A stretch of 34,331 nt of DNA, from NCBI GenBank assembly GCA_041746255.1, contig JBGTHM010000105.1, positions 1-34,331 of the forward strand. Reading direction: 5' to 3'. This DNA comes from Fibrobacteria bacterium (GTDB taxonomy: Bacteria; Fibrobacterota; Fibrobacteria; UBA11236). The translations under genes and the position numbers were made by a program. Positions 19,454 through 28,461 of this stretch are shown here, in pieces. Every line of letters begins with the position of its first letter. Positions within the stretch are counted from its first letter, which is position 1. The notes below the pieces were generated by a model. The model saw only the letters and a program-made list of their open reading frames with translations. It was not told the DNA's origin and made no database searches.

Positions 19454-20301
19454 AGGATTGCATCCTATTGACCAAGCCGATAATTTCCCTATTATCGGGA
19501 ATCTGCGCCGTAACGGGATACCTGCTTGCCGATACCCAGGCGTCTTGGCTGTCTTTAGCTTTAGCCTTTGCGGGCGCGGCGCTGGCGGTGGCCGCCGCTT
19601 CCATACTCAATATGGTGATGGAACGCGACACGGATGCGCGCATGTTACGGACCCACAAGCGGCCTTTGGCCGACGGTCGGTTGCAACCTTTTCAGGCGCT
19701 CGCCTTGGGCATTGCCGCCGCCCTCTCGGGTCTGGCCCTATTGGCGAGTTTATCCTGGACAGCGTTTTGGCTGACGGCCGTCAGCCTCTTTCTATATGAT
19801 TTCGTCTATACTCCTCTCAAGCGCAGAACCCCGTATGCTTTTTTGGTGGGCATCATTCCCGGCGCCGCTCCCCCCCTGATCGGCTGGTCGGCCGCCACGG
19901 GTACCCTGACCGGCGGAGGCTTAGGGTTTTTCATACTGTTTCTGATTTGGCAAATACCGCATATCCTTGCGATATACATCTATCTGGGCGCGGACTATCA
20001 TCGCGCCGGTATTCCGGTACTCCCCGATAGAATGGGATTGGGGAAAGTATTATGGATTTCCCTGGCCTTCTCAACGGCATTGCTGGGTTTGAGCGTGGTA
20101 TTCGCCTGGAGATATATTCCCCATGCGGGCGCGTTGGTCGTGGCGGTAATGGCCGGCGCTTGGCTGCTTTACAGGAACGCGCAATGCCTATGGTCTCTTG
20201 ACTTGGAGGGATGGGCCAAATCCTTTATGCGCTCCACCCTCATCTATTTGTCATTGCTGGTGGCGTCGCTTACGCTATTTCTGGGAACGAGCCGCTGGTA
20301 G
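19444..20301 (+). CDS. ctaB: Protoheme IX farnesyltransferase (heme o synthase)
   Basis: LTKP, NMVMERDTDARMLRTHKRPLADG, YTPLKRRT, GAAPPLIGW, WQIPH, DYHRAGIPVLP. Confidence 0.95.
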   Translation: MVLKDCILLTKPIISLLSGICAVTGYLLADTQASWLSLALAFAGAALAVAAASILNMVMERDTDARMLRTHKRPLADGRLQPFQALALGIAAALSGLALLASLSWTAFWLTAVSLFLYDFVYTPLKRRTPYAFLVGIIPGAAPPLIGWSAATGTLTGGGLGFFILFLIWQIPHILAIYIYLGADYHRAGIPVLPDRMGLGKVLWISLAFSTALLGLSVVFAWRYIPHAGALVVAVMAGAWLLYRNAQCLWSLDLEGWAKSFMRSTLIYLSLLVASLTLFLGTSRW

Positions 20302-21592
20302 CCTTGCTCCGTGTCGGTAACCAGATTTCAAAAACTGTTCCTTCACCCTTAATACTGCTGATTTGCAGGAACCCACCGGATTGTTGGACGATGCCATTGA
20401 CAATGGGAAGTCCCAGTCCATTATTATTCCCGAAAGCCTTGGTGGTGTAATAAGGGTCTAAAATTTGTTCCAACTCCGCTTTCTCCATCCCCCTGCCCGT
20501 ATCCCTGACAGAAATAACGACAAACGCACCCTGGTTCGCGTTGCGGGTTTCCACCACTACCTTGCCTCCCGGGGAGAGCGATTCAAAGGCGTTCGAAACC
20601 AGGTTATGCACCGCATGATCCAATTGCTCAGGGTCGATGGAGACCCATGGATTCCGTGAGTTCGTGGAAACTTCAAGCTCGGTGTCCAATCTTGCCATTT
20701 GTCGCAGCGCTGATTCGGACCGTTTTAATCGTTCATTGACATCCACGTCGCTGATGTTAAACATTTGCTGGCCGGTATACGCCAATAGCTGCCGCGTACG
20801 TACGGACATTTTCTCGCCAGCCGACTTCACCTCTTCCAGAATGGCCCGTTCCGAATCGCTTTTCGGGATTGGGTTTGCCAATAACATTTCCATATAACCG
20901 ATAACAACGGTGAGTTGGTTGTTGAACTCATGGGCGACTCCTCCGGCGATTCTTTCAATGGCCCTGGATTTCTGAAATTGAAGATTACGCCTTACTTGCG
21001 TCTGCAGCGCCCTTTCCATTTTTTTCTTGATGAGGAGCTGAGTAAGTTGCAGTGACAAGGCCTGGAAAAGATCCAAGAATTCCGGATCATGCTCCCAGGG
21101 TACTTGCGAGTAGAATTCAAAAACACCATAAACTTCGCCTTCAAGCGCTACGGAAAAGGCCACCCCCGAAACCAAACCGCCGGCCTCGGCTTCCCGACCG
21201 CGAAAAAATCCGGGGTATTCGCGCACATCCTCAATCCATTCCGGTAATTGCGTCTTAGCCACCCGGCCCAACATCCCTTCACCGGGACGCAGTCGGAGTT
21301 CCCGCGTCTTAACGATGAATTCCTCCATTCCCGCATCGCTTTCGGAATGGATAATGCGACAGCGGAAATAGTCATGGGATGGGTCGGGCTCCCAATAACC
21401 GCCGATTACCCAAGGCCTGTTCCGACATACGATTCTTAAAATACCCTCGAAAACATCGTCCAAATCCGTTGATGCCGCAAGCAGGCCCGCCACTTCTTGC
21501 TGCATGAAAATACGATCCCTTAAATGAACCTCCCGTAAATCTTCGGGCAACAGCATAAAGGAATTGGAATACTTGACGAGAGTCTCGCTCAT
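20270..21592 (-). CDS. GAF-domain sensor histidine kinase (no receiver domain)
   Basis: GAF segment (PGEGMLGRVAKT...GVFEFYS), H-box AGGVAHEFNNQL, NLVSNA, DTGRGM, YYTTK, GLGL; 3' end overlaps ctaB by 32 nt. Confidence 0.9.
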   Translation of the reverse strand: MSETLVKYSNSFMLLPEDLREVHLRDRIFMQQEVAGLLAASTDLDDVFEGILRIVCRNRPWVIGGYWEPDPSHDYFRCRIIHSESDAGMEEFIVKTRELRLRPGEGMLGRVAKTQLPEWIEDVREYPGFFRGREAEAGGLVSGVAFSVALEGEVYGVFEFYSQVPWEHDPEFLDLFQALSLQLTQLLIKKKMERALQTQVRRNLQFQKSRAIERIAGGVAHEFNNQLTVVIGYMEMLLANPIPKSDSERAILEEVKSAGEKMSVRTRQLLAYTGQQMFNISDVDVNERLKRSESALRQMARLDTELEVSTNSRNPWVSIDPEQLDHAVHNLVSNAFESLSPGGKVVVETRNANQGAFVVISVRDTGRGMEKAELEQILDPYYTTKAFGNNNGLGLPIVNGIVQQSGGFLQISSIKGEGTVFEIWLPTRSKATSGSFPEIA

Positions 21593-21742
21593 TTAATCAA
21601 ACTACACAATCCCCTTATCCTTTGGTGCCCTATCGCTTGTCATTTAGGCATGCGACCGATTTGGGCTATTTTAACGACCATTCGCCCCTTGCCATAATGA
21701 CGTGGTAAACCCCCTGACAAGCACACTCCGAATTTGCCACAC

Positions 21743-21790
21743 TTCCCATATCTTGACGAAAAACAAACGTCCACCCACAACATCTTGGGA
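21743..21790. promoter_or_regulatory. Tandem NrdR boxes
   Basis: TTCCCATATCTTGACG (21743-21758) and CCACAACATCTTGGGA (21775-21790) fit the core of the NrdR consensus acaCwAtATaTwGtgt, are 32 nt apart, and lie directly upstream of nrdJ. Confidence 0.75.
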
Positions 21791-21796
21791 GTTTCC

Positions 21797-24700
21797 ATGA
21801 AAATCACCAGACACTTCACCAAACCCGAAGCCGATGTTTTCAGCACGGTCGCATACGAAACCCGGCAATCCGTCGCCCCCACGGGAACAGTAACCGTAGA
21901 GGTACCTAAAACCTGGTCGCAAACCGCATCCGACATCCTCGCGCAAAAATACCTGCGACGTCGGGAGGTGCCGAAACGAGATGCAAAAGGCAAGGCCATA
22001 TTGGATGCCGAGGGACGTCCTGAAATGGGAGGCGAAGAAAGCGTAAAGGAAGTAATCGATCGCTTGGTGGGATGTTGGAAACATTGGGGCGAGAAGTTGC
22101 ATTACTTCGACACGCCCAAAGATGCACAAGCATTTTATGATGAGTTGGTCCATATGCTGCTGAACCAAATGGCCGCTCCCAATTCGCCGCAATGGTTCAA
22201 TACGGGATTGCATCACAAATACGCGGTGACGGGGCCGGCCCAAGGTCATTATTACGTGGACGAAGCGGACGACCAGGTGAAACCGTCGGTGGACGCCTAT
22301 TCACGGCCGCAACCGCATGCCTGTTTCATTCAATCGGTGGACGACAACCTGCTGGGTGATTCGGGAATTTACAGCCTGTTGGAGCGCGAAGGGCGCGTCT
22401 TCAAATACGGATCGGGTTCCGGAACCAACTTCAGTTCCATCCGCGCCGCCGGTGAATCTCTGGGAGGCGGAGGCGCTTCCTCCGGTTTGATGTCTTTTCT
22501 TAAGGTATTCGATCGGGCCGCGGCCGCCATCAAATCCGGAGGCACGACCCGTCGCGCCGCCAAAATGGTTTGCCTGGATTTGGACCATCCCGAAATCGAG
22601 GCCTTCATCGGCTGGAAACGACGGGAGGAATTCAAGGTGGCGGCCCTGGCCGCGGGTAGCGCCATGCAAGCGGAAATTCTACAGGGTATTCTCGACCTCG
22701 GTGACTCGCGTAAACACGGCGAGGGAGAACGGACCCGCTTACTCGACCTCTTGGCGCGCGGGTTGCAGCTGCATCTGCCGGAAGGTGTGTTACTCAAGGC
22801 CGTAACTTTGGCGGAACAGGGAGTTAAAAACTTTCCCCTGGAAGAAATGGGCGCTTATTTCGAAGGCGAAGCCTATGAAACGGTAAGCGGGCAGAACGGC
22901 AACAATACCGTGCGCATACCCAACGCCTTCATGCGGGCGCTACGGGAAGACGACGACTGGCATTTATTGGCTCGCGGAGACGGCTCCATACGCAAAACCG
23001 TGAAGGCACGAAAACTTTGGGAGGATATCGGCACCGCCGCCTGGGATTGCGCGGATCCGGGTCTGCAATTTTCCGATACCATCAACGAATGGCATACCTG
23101 CCCCGCGGACGGCCCAATCCGGGCTTCCAATCCCTGTTCGGAATACCTGTTTCTAGACGATACCGCCTGCAATCTGGCCAGCCTCAATCTCGTCCGCTTT
23201 CAAAACCAAGACGGGAGCCTGGAGGTTGATGCATTCGGACATGCCGTTCGCCTTTGGACCTTGGTATTGGATATTTCCGTATCCATGGCGCAATTTCCTT
23301 CGCCGCTCATGGCGAGAAAGTCGGCGGATTTCCGCACGCTGGGTTTGGGCTATTCCAATCTGGGCGCGTTTCTCATGCGCGCGGGCATACCTTACGACAG
23401 CGAAAAGGCGGAGGCCTGGACCAGCGCCATATCGGCGTTGCTGGGAGGGGCGGCGTATACCGCTTCCGCGGAGTTGGCTCACGCATTGTATCCGTTTCCG
23501 CGCTTCGAGGCCAACCGGGAATCCATGCTGAAGGTAATACGCAACCACCGCCGGGCGGCTTGGAATGCCGCCCCCGAAACCTATGAAGGGCTTTCAGTAC
23601 TTCCGGCTGGGCTGGATGGTACGCTCTGTCCGCCGGAAATGGTCGATGCCGCCCGGGAAATCTGGAACGAAGCCGTTTCCCTGGGAGAAGCGCATGGCTA
23701 TCGTAACGCTCAGGTTTCCGCTCTTGCGCCTACCGGCACCATCGGTTTATTGATGGACTGCGATACCACCGGTATCGAACCGGATTTCGCCCTGGTCAAG
23801 CATAAAAAACTTTCGGGAGGGGGTTGGCTTAAAATCGTAAACCGCTCCGTTCCTTTCGCGCTACGTAACCTCGGTTATACCCCCGTGCAAATCCGCGACA
23901 TCGAAAACTATTGCCTGGGTTCCGGCACTCTGGAAGCGGAGCCGAAACTGAATCCCGAAACGCTTCGCCGCGCCGGTTTCACTTACGAGGACATCATCGC
24001 CGTCGAAAAACGCCTGGCTTCGGTACTGAGCCTGGAACAGGCCTTCTCCCCCTCCCTGCTGGAAGCGTCCACCCTTGAAAACCTCGGTTTTACACCTGGC
24101 GACAACACCACGGGTATGGACGTTCTATTGAGCCTGGCAATGTCGCCGAAACAAATCAACCTGGCCGAACTGCGGGTATGCGGCGCGCAATCCGTGGAAG
24201 GCGCTCCCCATTTGCTCTTGGAACACTACCCCATTTTCGACTGCGCCACTGCCTGCGGACGTGGAATCCGCAGTATAGCCCCCAAAGGCCACCTGCGAAT
24301 CATGGCGGCGGCCCAGCCTTTTATCAGCGGAGGAATTTCCAAAACGGTCAACCTTCCATGGGAAAGCGGTATCGACGAAGTGAAAGAAGTTTTCGCCGCC
24401 GCCTGGGGAAGAATGGTCAAAGCCATTACGGTTTATCGCGATGGTTCCAAGCTGTCTCAACCCCTAGGCAGTCTACCCAAGGCGGCCCAATGGATGGAGG
24501 ATGCGCGCGCCCACGCCTTACGCGAAGCCCCCATCCCGAAGGAAAAAAATGAAATCACCGAACCGGTACGGGCTCATCGTCGTCGGCTTCCCGCCCGCCG
24601 CGGCGGTTTCGTGCAAGAGGTCAGCATTTCCGGCCACAAACTTTTCCTGCGCACGGGAGAATATCCCGACGGATCCCTGGGTGAGATTTTCATCGACATG

Positions 24701-25180
24701 TACAAAGAAGGCGCCGCCTATCGCAGTTTATTGAATTGCTTCGCGGTACTGGCTTCCAAGGCTTTGCAATACGGCATGCCTTTGGAAAAAATGGTGGAAA
24801 CCTTCACCTTCACTCGCTTCGAACCCGCAGGCCCCGTAAGCGGCCATGAAAACGTCAAGCAATGCACCTCCATCCTCGACCTTATTTTCCGAGTGATAGG
24901 ACTGCAATATTTGGGCAGAACCGATTTTGTTCACGTGAAACCCAAAGCGATGGAGGATGACCTAAAGCGGAATAACCCAAACGAACCGGAACTCGTGTAC
25001 AGCTCGGTGAAAGTGACGACCCTTACGACCGATTCGGAAGGAAGCCGCTTCTCCCAAGTCCAAGCGGTCAAGGCCGGATATACGGGAGAAAGTTGCGGAA
25101 GCTGCGGATCGGTACGCGTACGCCGGAACGGCACGTGCACGGTCTGCGAAGATTGCGGTGGAACCAGCGGCTGCTCCTAA
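21797..25180 (+). CDS. nrdJ: Class II (adenosylcobalamin-dependent) ribonucleotide reductase
   Basis: PNSPQWFN, HACFI, GGTTRRAAKM, ASNPCSEY, TACNLASLN, APTGTIG, SKTVN, C-terminal CxxC...CxxCxxC...C; ATG 21797 has a GGGAG RBS. Confidence 0.95.
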   Translation: MKITRHFTKPEADVFSTVAYETRQSVAPTGTVTVEVPKTWSQTASDILAQKYLRRREVPKRDAKGKAILDAEGRPEMGGEESVKEVIDRLVGCWKHWGEKLHYFDTPKDAQAFYDELVHMLLNQMAAPNSPQWFNTGLHHKYAVTGPAQGHYYVDEADDQVKPSVDAYSRPQPHACFIQSVDDNLLGDSGIYSLLEREGRVFKYGSGSGTNFSSIRAAGESLGGGGASSGLMSFLKVFDRAAAAIKSGGTTRRAAKMVCLDLDHPEIEAFIGWKRREEFKVAALAAGSAMQAEILQGILDLGDSRKHGEGERTRLLDLLARGLQLHLPEGVLLKAVTLAEQGVKNFPLEEMGAYFEGEAYETVSGQNGNNTVRIPNAFMRALREDDDWHLLARGDGSIRKTVKARKLWEDIGTAAWDCADPGLQFSDTINEWHTCPADGPIRASNPCSEYLFLDDTACNLASLNLVRFQNQDGSLEVDAFGHAVRLWTLVLDISVSMAQFPSPLMARKSADFRTLGLGYSNLGAFLMRAGIPYDSEKAEAWTSAISALLGGAAYTASAELAHALYPFPRFEANRESMLKVIRNHRRAAWNAAPETYEGLSVLPAGLDGTLCPPEMVDAAREIWNEAVSLGEAHGYRNAQVSALAPTGTIGLLMDCDTTGIEPDFALVKHKKLSGGGWLKIVNRSVPFALRNLGYTPVQIRDIENYCLGSGTLEAEPKLNPETLRRAGFTYEDIIAVEKRLASVLSLEQAFSPSLLEASTLENLGFTPGDNTTGMDVLLSLAMSPKQINLAELRVCGAQSVEGAPHLLLEHYPIFDCATACGRGIRSIAPKGHLRIMAAAQPFISGGISKTVNLPWESGIDEVKEVFAAAWGRMVKAITVYRDGSKLSQPLGSLPKAAQWMEDARAHALREAPIPKEKNEITEPVRAHRRRLPARRGGFVQEVSISGHKLFLRTGEYPDGSLGEIFIDMYKEGAAYRSLLNCFAVLASKALQYGMPLEKMVETFTFTRFEPAGPVSGHENVKQCTSILDLIFRVIGLQYLGRTDFVHVKPKAMEDDLKRNNPNEPELVYSSVKVTTLTTDSEGSRFSQVQAVKAGYTGESCGSCGSVRVRRNGTCTVCEDCGGTSGCS

Positions 25181-25188
25181 CGGTCTCC

Positions 25189-25218
25189 GGTATTCGAATA
25201 GATAGGCCTCCGAATACC
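25189..25218. terminator. Possible hairpin between convergent genes
   Basis: GGTATTCG...CGAATACC 8-bp inverted repeat with a long loop and no clear U-tract. Confidence 0.3.
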
Positions 25219-25233
25219 CGTGGAATTAAAGTC

Positions 25234-25653
25234 TCAATCCGTAGGCGTCAAGCATCGATTGAGAAAGCATCCGAAGGCGCGTATGGAAATAATGGTTGCG
25301 GCGCCCCAAAACAGCGTCCGCAGCGTCATCGCAGCCACGGTGCGGCTTTCATATCCACCGCCGCCCATCACATGAATACCAAAAGCGGCGAATACCGTCA
25401 CCGTGGAAGCCAAAAGAAATACCGATACCGGAACGCTCCACCTTTGTTTCATAAGCAATCCTATCCCCGCCAATACATACAGGAAACCGGCCAGGAAATT
25501 GAAGCCAAGCACAAAGGGAACCGCCTCTCCGACGCTTTCCCGCGCCTCCTGACCACCGAATAAGGCCTGCCCGCCGGAGAAAACAGTAGCAACTCCGAAA
25601 ATTATCGCCGCAAATCCCATGGGTTTGACAATTTTATTGATATCCACTTCCAC
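25234..25653 (-). CDS. Small 4-TM hypothetical membrane protein
   Basis: Hydrophobic 139-aa ORF (VPFVLGFNFLAGFLY, YESRTVAAMTLR); GTG start with purine-rich upstream sequence. Confidence 0.75.
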   Translation of the reverse strand: MEVDINKIVKPMGFAAIIFGVATVFSGGQALFGGQEARESVGEAVPFVLGFNFLAGFLYVLAGIGLLMKQRWSVPVSVFLLASTVTVFAAFGIHVMGGGGYESRTVAAMTLRTLFWGAATIISIRAFGCFLNRCLTPTD

Positions 25654-25923
25654 CCCCTTTATTCATTTTTTCTTAAAGGCTCGCCATATATTCGCTAAGT
25701 GAATATGTGATCACTTACTTTACTCTACTAACTTTTTTTAGGATTCCACCGCTCAACCTCTCCAAATAATGGCCTGGGAATTGCTCTCCCTATTACCAGC
25801 CGGAGGTAAAACCCGATTCGCATGTTTCCGGACTACCCACCCGAAAGAAATGTGACAAAAAGGGATACACCCCTGCCGATTAGACAAAACATCCGCAATT
25901 CACCTGCGGAAAAGGAGACTTTT

Positions 25924-26355
25924 GTGATTTCCCGAAATGCCAACCTCACCAGGCTAATCTTCATTGCAGCGATGTTGACCTGGACAATTGGATGTATGGG
26001 CTCGGATCCGGATCCAAAACCGGGAGCTTCCGCCATTCTTTCCGAGCATGGCAAATATCGAGTGGAAGTACTGTTTGAACCGAATCCTCCCCGGGCGGGA
26101 TGGAATGCCGTGGAGCTGCATCTTTTCAACGCGGACGGCGACCCCGTAAGCAACGTCGATATCGTAGTTAAGCCCTGGATGACTTCCATGAACCACGGAA
26201 CTAATCCCGCCACAGTTTCTCTCACTCCGGGCAGCGGAAACCTTTTTACGGCGGATTCGGTTCGATTCAGCATGCCCGGCCCATGGGATGTTTTCGTATT
26301 CCTATCCAAAGGGAACAGTTCCGATACGGCAAAAGTATCGGTGGAAGTGAAGTAA
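25924..26355 (+). CDS. YtkA/FixH-like lipoprotein (putative copper-handling)
   Basis: AAGGAG RBS before GTG 25924; lipobox-like TWTIGC; MTSMNHG and FSMPGPW motifs. Confidence 0.75.
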   Translation: MISRNANLTRLIFIAAMLTWTIGCMGSDPDPKPGASAILSEHGKYRVEVLFEPNPPRAGWNAVELHLFNADGDPVSNVDIVVKPWMTSMNHGTNPATVSLTPGSGNLFTADSVRFSMPGPWDVFVFLSKGNSSDTAKVSVEVK

Positions 26356-26358
26356 TCC

Positions 26359-27330
26359 ATGACTTCCGCACCCTCCTTTTCCCGGTCAGCCTTGGTTATC
26401 GGGATTGCCATGGCCGCTATCGGGTTTATGCCCGACTCGGCCATAGCCCAAGCCTGTTGTACGGCCACGGCCTTCGGCGAAAACGGAGTGGTGGGACGTT
26501 GCCACCGAGCAGCGCTTTCTTCGGAATGGAGCCTGCGTGAATACGCCTGGGGTTTCGACGGAGGTGGCCGTTTACTGGGCCACCGGGACCGCGAATTACG
26601 CGATCTTGTCTGGACCTTGGGCGGGGGCATCCGCTTTCCCTATCGCCACTTGCAAATCCACGGACAAATTCCGGTACTTTTTCAGGTTCGTCGTTTCGAT
26701 GGGGACGGCTCATCGGAAATGGGAATAGGCGACGGGCTGGTGGGGCTCCGATGGACTCTCCTGGAAGATCCCATGATGGGAATCCGCTCCCATTGGGGCA
26801 ATTCGTTAAAGCCTTTTCTAGACGTTGCTGTTTCCATTAAAGCTCCCACCGGAAAACCGCCTTGGGAGTCGCGCGATCTTTCCGGCGCAGATGTAACCGG
26901 AAGCGGCGCATGGGAATTGATGGGAGGAATCAAAGTTTCAAAATTCGTGATACCGCACTGGGCAGTGGTTCTGGGAGCGTTTCATGGCCGCTCTTTCGCA
27001 GTATCCGATGCCGGAGAAGCCATGGAATTCACTCCCGGTGACGAAACACAAGTATTGGCCTCACTATTGCATATCCGTAATTTCCTCTGGTCGGGCGGAG
27101 GGAGCGTCGGTTTTCGACATACGGGCCCCAGCCGAATCGATGAGGAAGACGTGGCCGGTTCAGATACCCGGAGACTTGTATTCGGACTTCAAGTCACGCG
27201 GGTGATCAAGGCTCCCTTTTGGGAGGTCAGCTTGGGGCTGGGATCGGACGCCCGATGGGACGGAGGAGGACTTGGCATCCCCTTGGCGGGACCATCCATG
27301 ACTTTGGGAATACGCAGGGCTTTCATTTAA
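26359..27330 (+). CDS. Exported protein, probable outer-membrane beta-barrel (COG4313/MetA-pathway-like)
   Basis: Signal peptide ending AIAQA-CC; GIGDGLVG and IKAPTG...TGSGAWE motifs; amphipathic strands; ends RRAFI. Confidence 0.6.
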   Translation: MTSAPSFSRSALVIGIAMAAIGFMPDSAIAQACCTATAFGENGVVGRCHRAALSSEWSLREYAWGFDGGGRLLGHRDRELRDLVWTLGGGIRFPYRHLQIHGQIPVLFQVRRFDGDGSSEMGIGDGLVGLRWTLLEDPMMGIRSHWGNSLKPFLDVAVSIKAPTGKPPWESRDLSGADVTGSGAWELMGGIKVSKFVIPHWAVVLGAFHGRSFAVSDAGEAMEFTPGDETQVLASLLHIRNFLWSGGGSVGFRHTGPSRIDEEDVAGSDTRRLVFGLQVTRVIKAPFWEVSLGLGSDARWDGGGLGIPLAGPSMTLGIRRAFI

Positions 27331-28246
27331 GGTGATACAAACTTCCCTGCCGGGTTCCGCGCCTGGCAAACTCCGCTTTTACCGCGCGTAAAACATCCAT
27401 TTTGTCTCGACACCAGTCCGGGGCTATTAGAATTTCCTTAGGCGCGTCTCCGGTAAACCTTTGTAATGCCACCGAGGGACTCACCCTTTCCAGGAAATCC
27501 ACCACGGCAGAAACATAACCTTCGCGTGTTAAAGGAATATACGCGCCCTTTGCATGCAAACGGGCCAAGGCCGTCCCCTTCACGATGTGTAGTGGATGCA
27601 GTTTGAGCGAATGGTAAGCGCACCCAGCCAAGGTCTCGGCGGTAATTTTGAAATCCTCGCACGTTTCACCGGGAAGGCCCAGAATCACATGCACGCAGAT
27701 TTCAAATCCACGCCCGGAACCTAATTCCATTGCCCGGATGAAATCTCCGACGGAATGGCCACGATTGATCCGTTCCAGCGTAGCGTCGTTGGCGGTCTGA
27801 AGGCCAAGTTCCAGAGTGAGATAGGTGCGACGACTCAGCTCTTCCAGTAAATCGACCACATCCGCATCGATGCAATCCGGGCGCGTACCAATGGCCAAGC
27901 CTATTACGTCGGGATGATCCAAAGCCTGTTCATACAAGACGCGTAATTCCGCCACGGGCGCATAAGTATTGGAAAACGGCTGAAAGTAGGCTATGAATTT
28001 CTCCGCACGGGTAATCGTCCGCAACTTTGCCATCCCGGTTTCCAGCTGGCTTCGCAGGGAGACCGCCCGATTGGCGGCCGAGGGCGAAAAGGAACGGTTG
28101 TCGCAATAGATACACCCACCACGTCCCTTGGTTCCGTCCAGATTGGGACAGGTGAAGCCGCCGTGCAGGGAAACCTTGCGTACGCGAATTCCGGGGAAAA
28201 TTCGCTCGTGCAAGTGGCGTGAATAAGAGTAAAAATAGGGTTCCAT
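27323..28246 (-). CDS. TIGR01212/YhcC-family radical SAM protein
   Basis: GGFTCPNLDGTKGRGGCIYC, YFQPFSNTY, GTRPDC, ELGLQT, INRGH, HVILGLPGE, KLHPLHIVKGT; start placed at ATG 28246 from typical family length. Confidence 0.9.
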   Translation of the reverse strand: MEPYFYSYSRHLHERIFPGIRVRKVSLHGGFTCPNLDGTKGRGGCIYCDNRSFSPSAANRAVSLRSQLETGMAKLRTITRAEKFIAYFQPFSNTYAPVAELRVLYEQALDHPDVIGLAIGTRPDCIDADVVDLLEELSRRTYLTLELGLQTANDATLERINRGHSVGDFIRAMELGSGRGFEICVHVILGLPGETCEDFKITAETLAGCAYHSLKLHPLHIVKGTALARLHAKGAYIPLTREGYVSAVVDFLERVSPSVALQRFTGDAPKEILIAPDWCRDKMDVLRAVKAEFARRGTRQGSLYHLK

Positions 28247-28444
28247 TCCGTATCCGTTTCCGCAACCGCCCGCCCGAGGCGACATCCGAAACCGATTATC
28301 TACCCGTACAAAATTTTCTTTCAAAAATGCCGTTATGGCACTCTATGTGTCATTTTGACGATTACGATTGCGTAATTCTGCAGACACCGGGTTCCTGGAC
28401 GCATTAGAGGCGCCCAGAGGTCTTTTACTTTGGCATGGTCATTG

Positions 28445-28460
28445 CGGATATTAATATCCA
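28445..28460. promoter_or_regulatory. Third copy of the palindromic box (putative Rrf2 site)
   Basis: CGGATA-ttaa-TATCCA, ending 1 nt before ATG 28462. Confidence 0.6.
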
Positions 28461-28461
28461 T

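Noticed and set aside
21797..25180. Intein or intron in the long nrdJ
   Set aside because: No intein splice-junction or LAGLIDADG motifs seen; the frame is continuous and the length fits long NrdJ proteins
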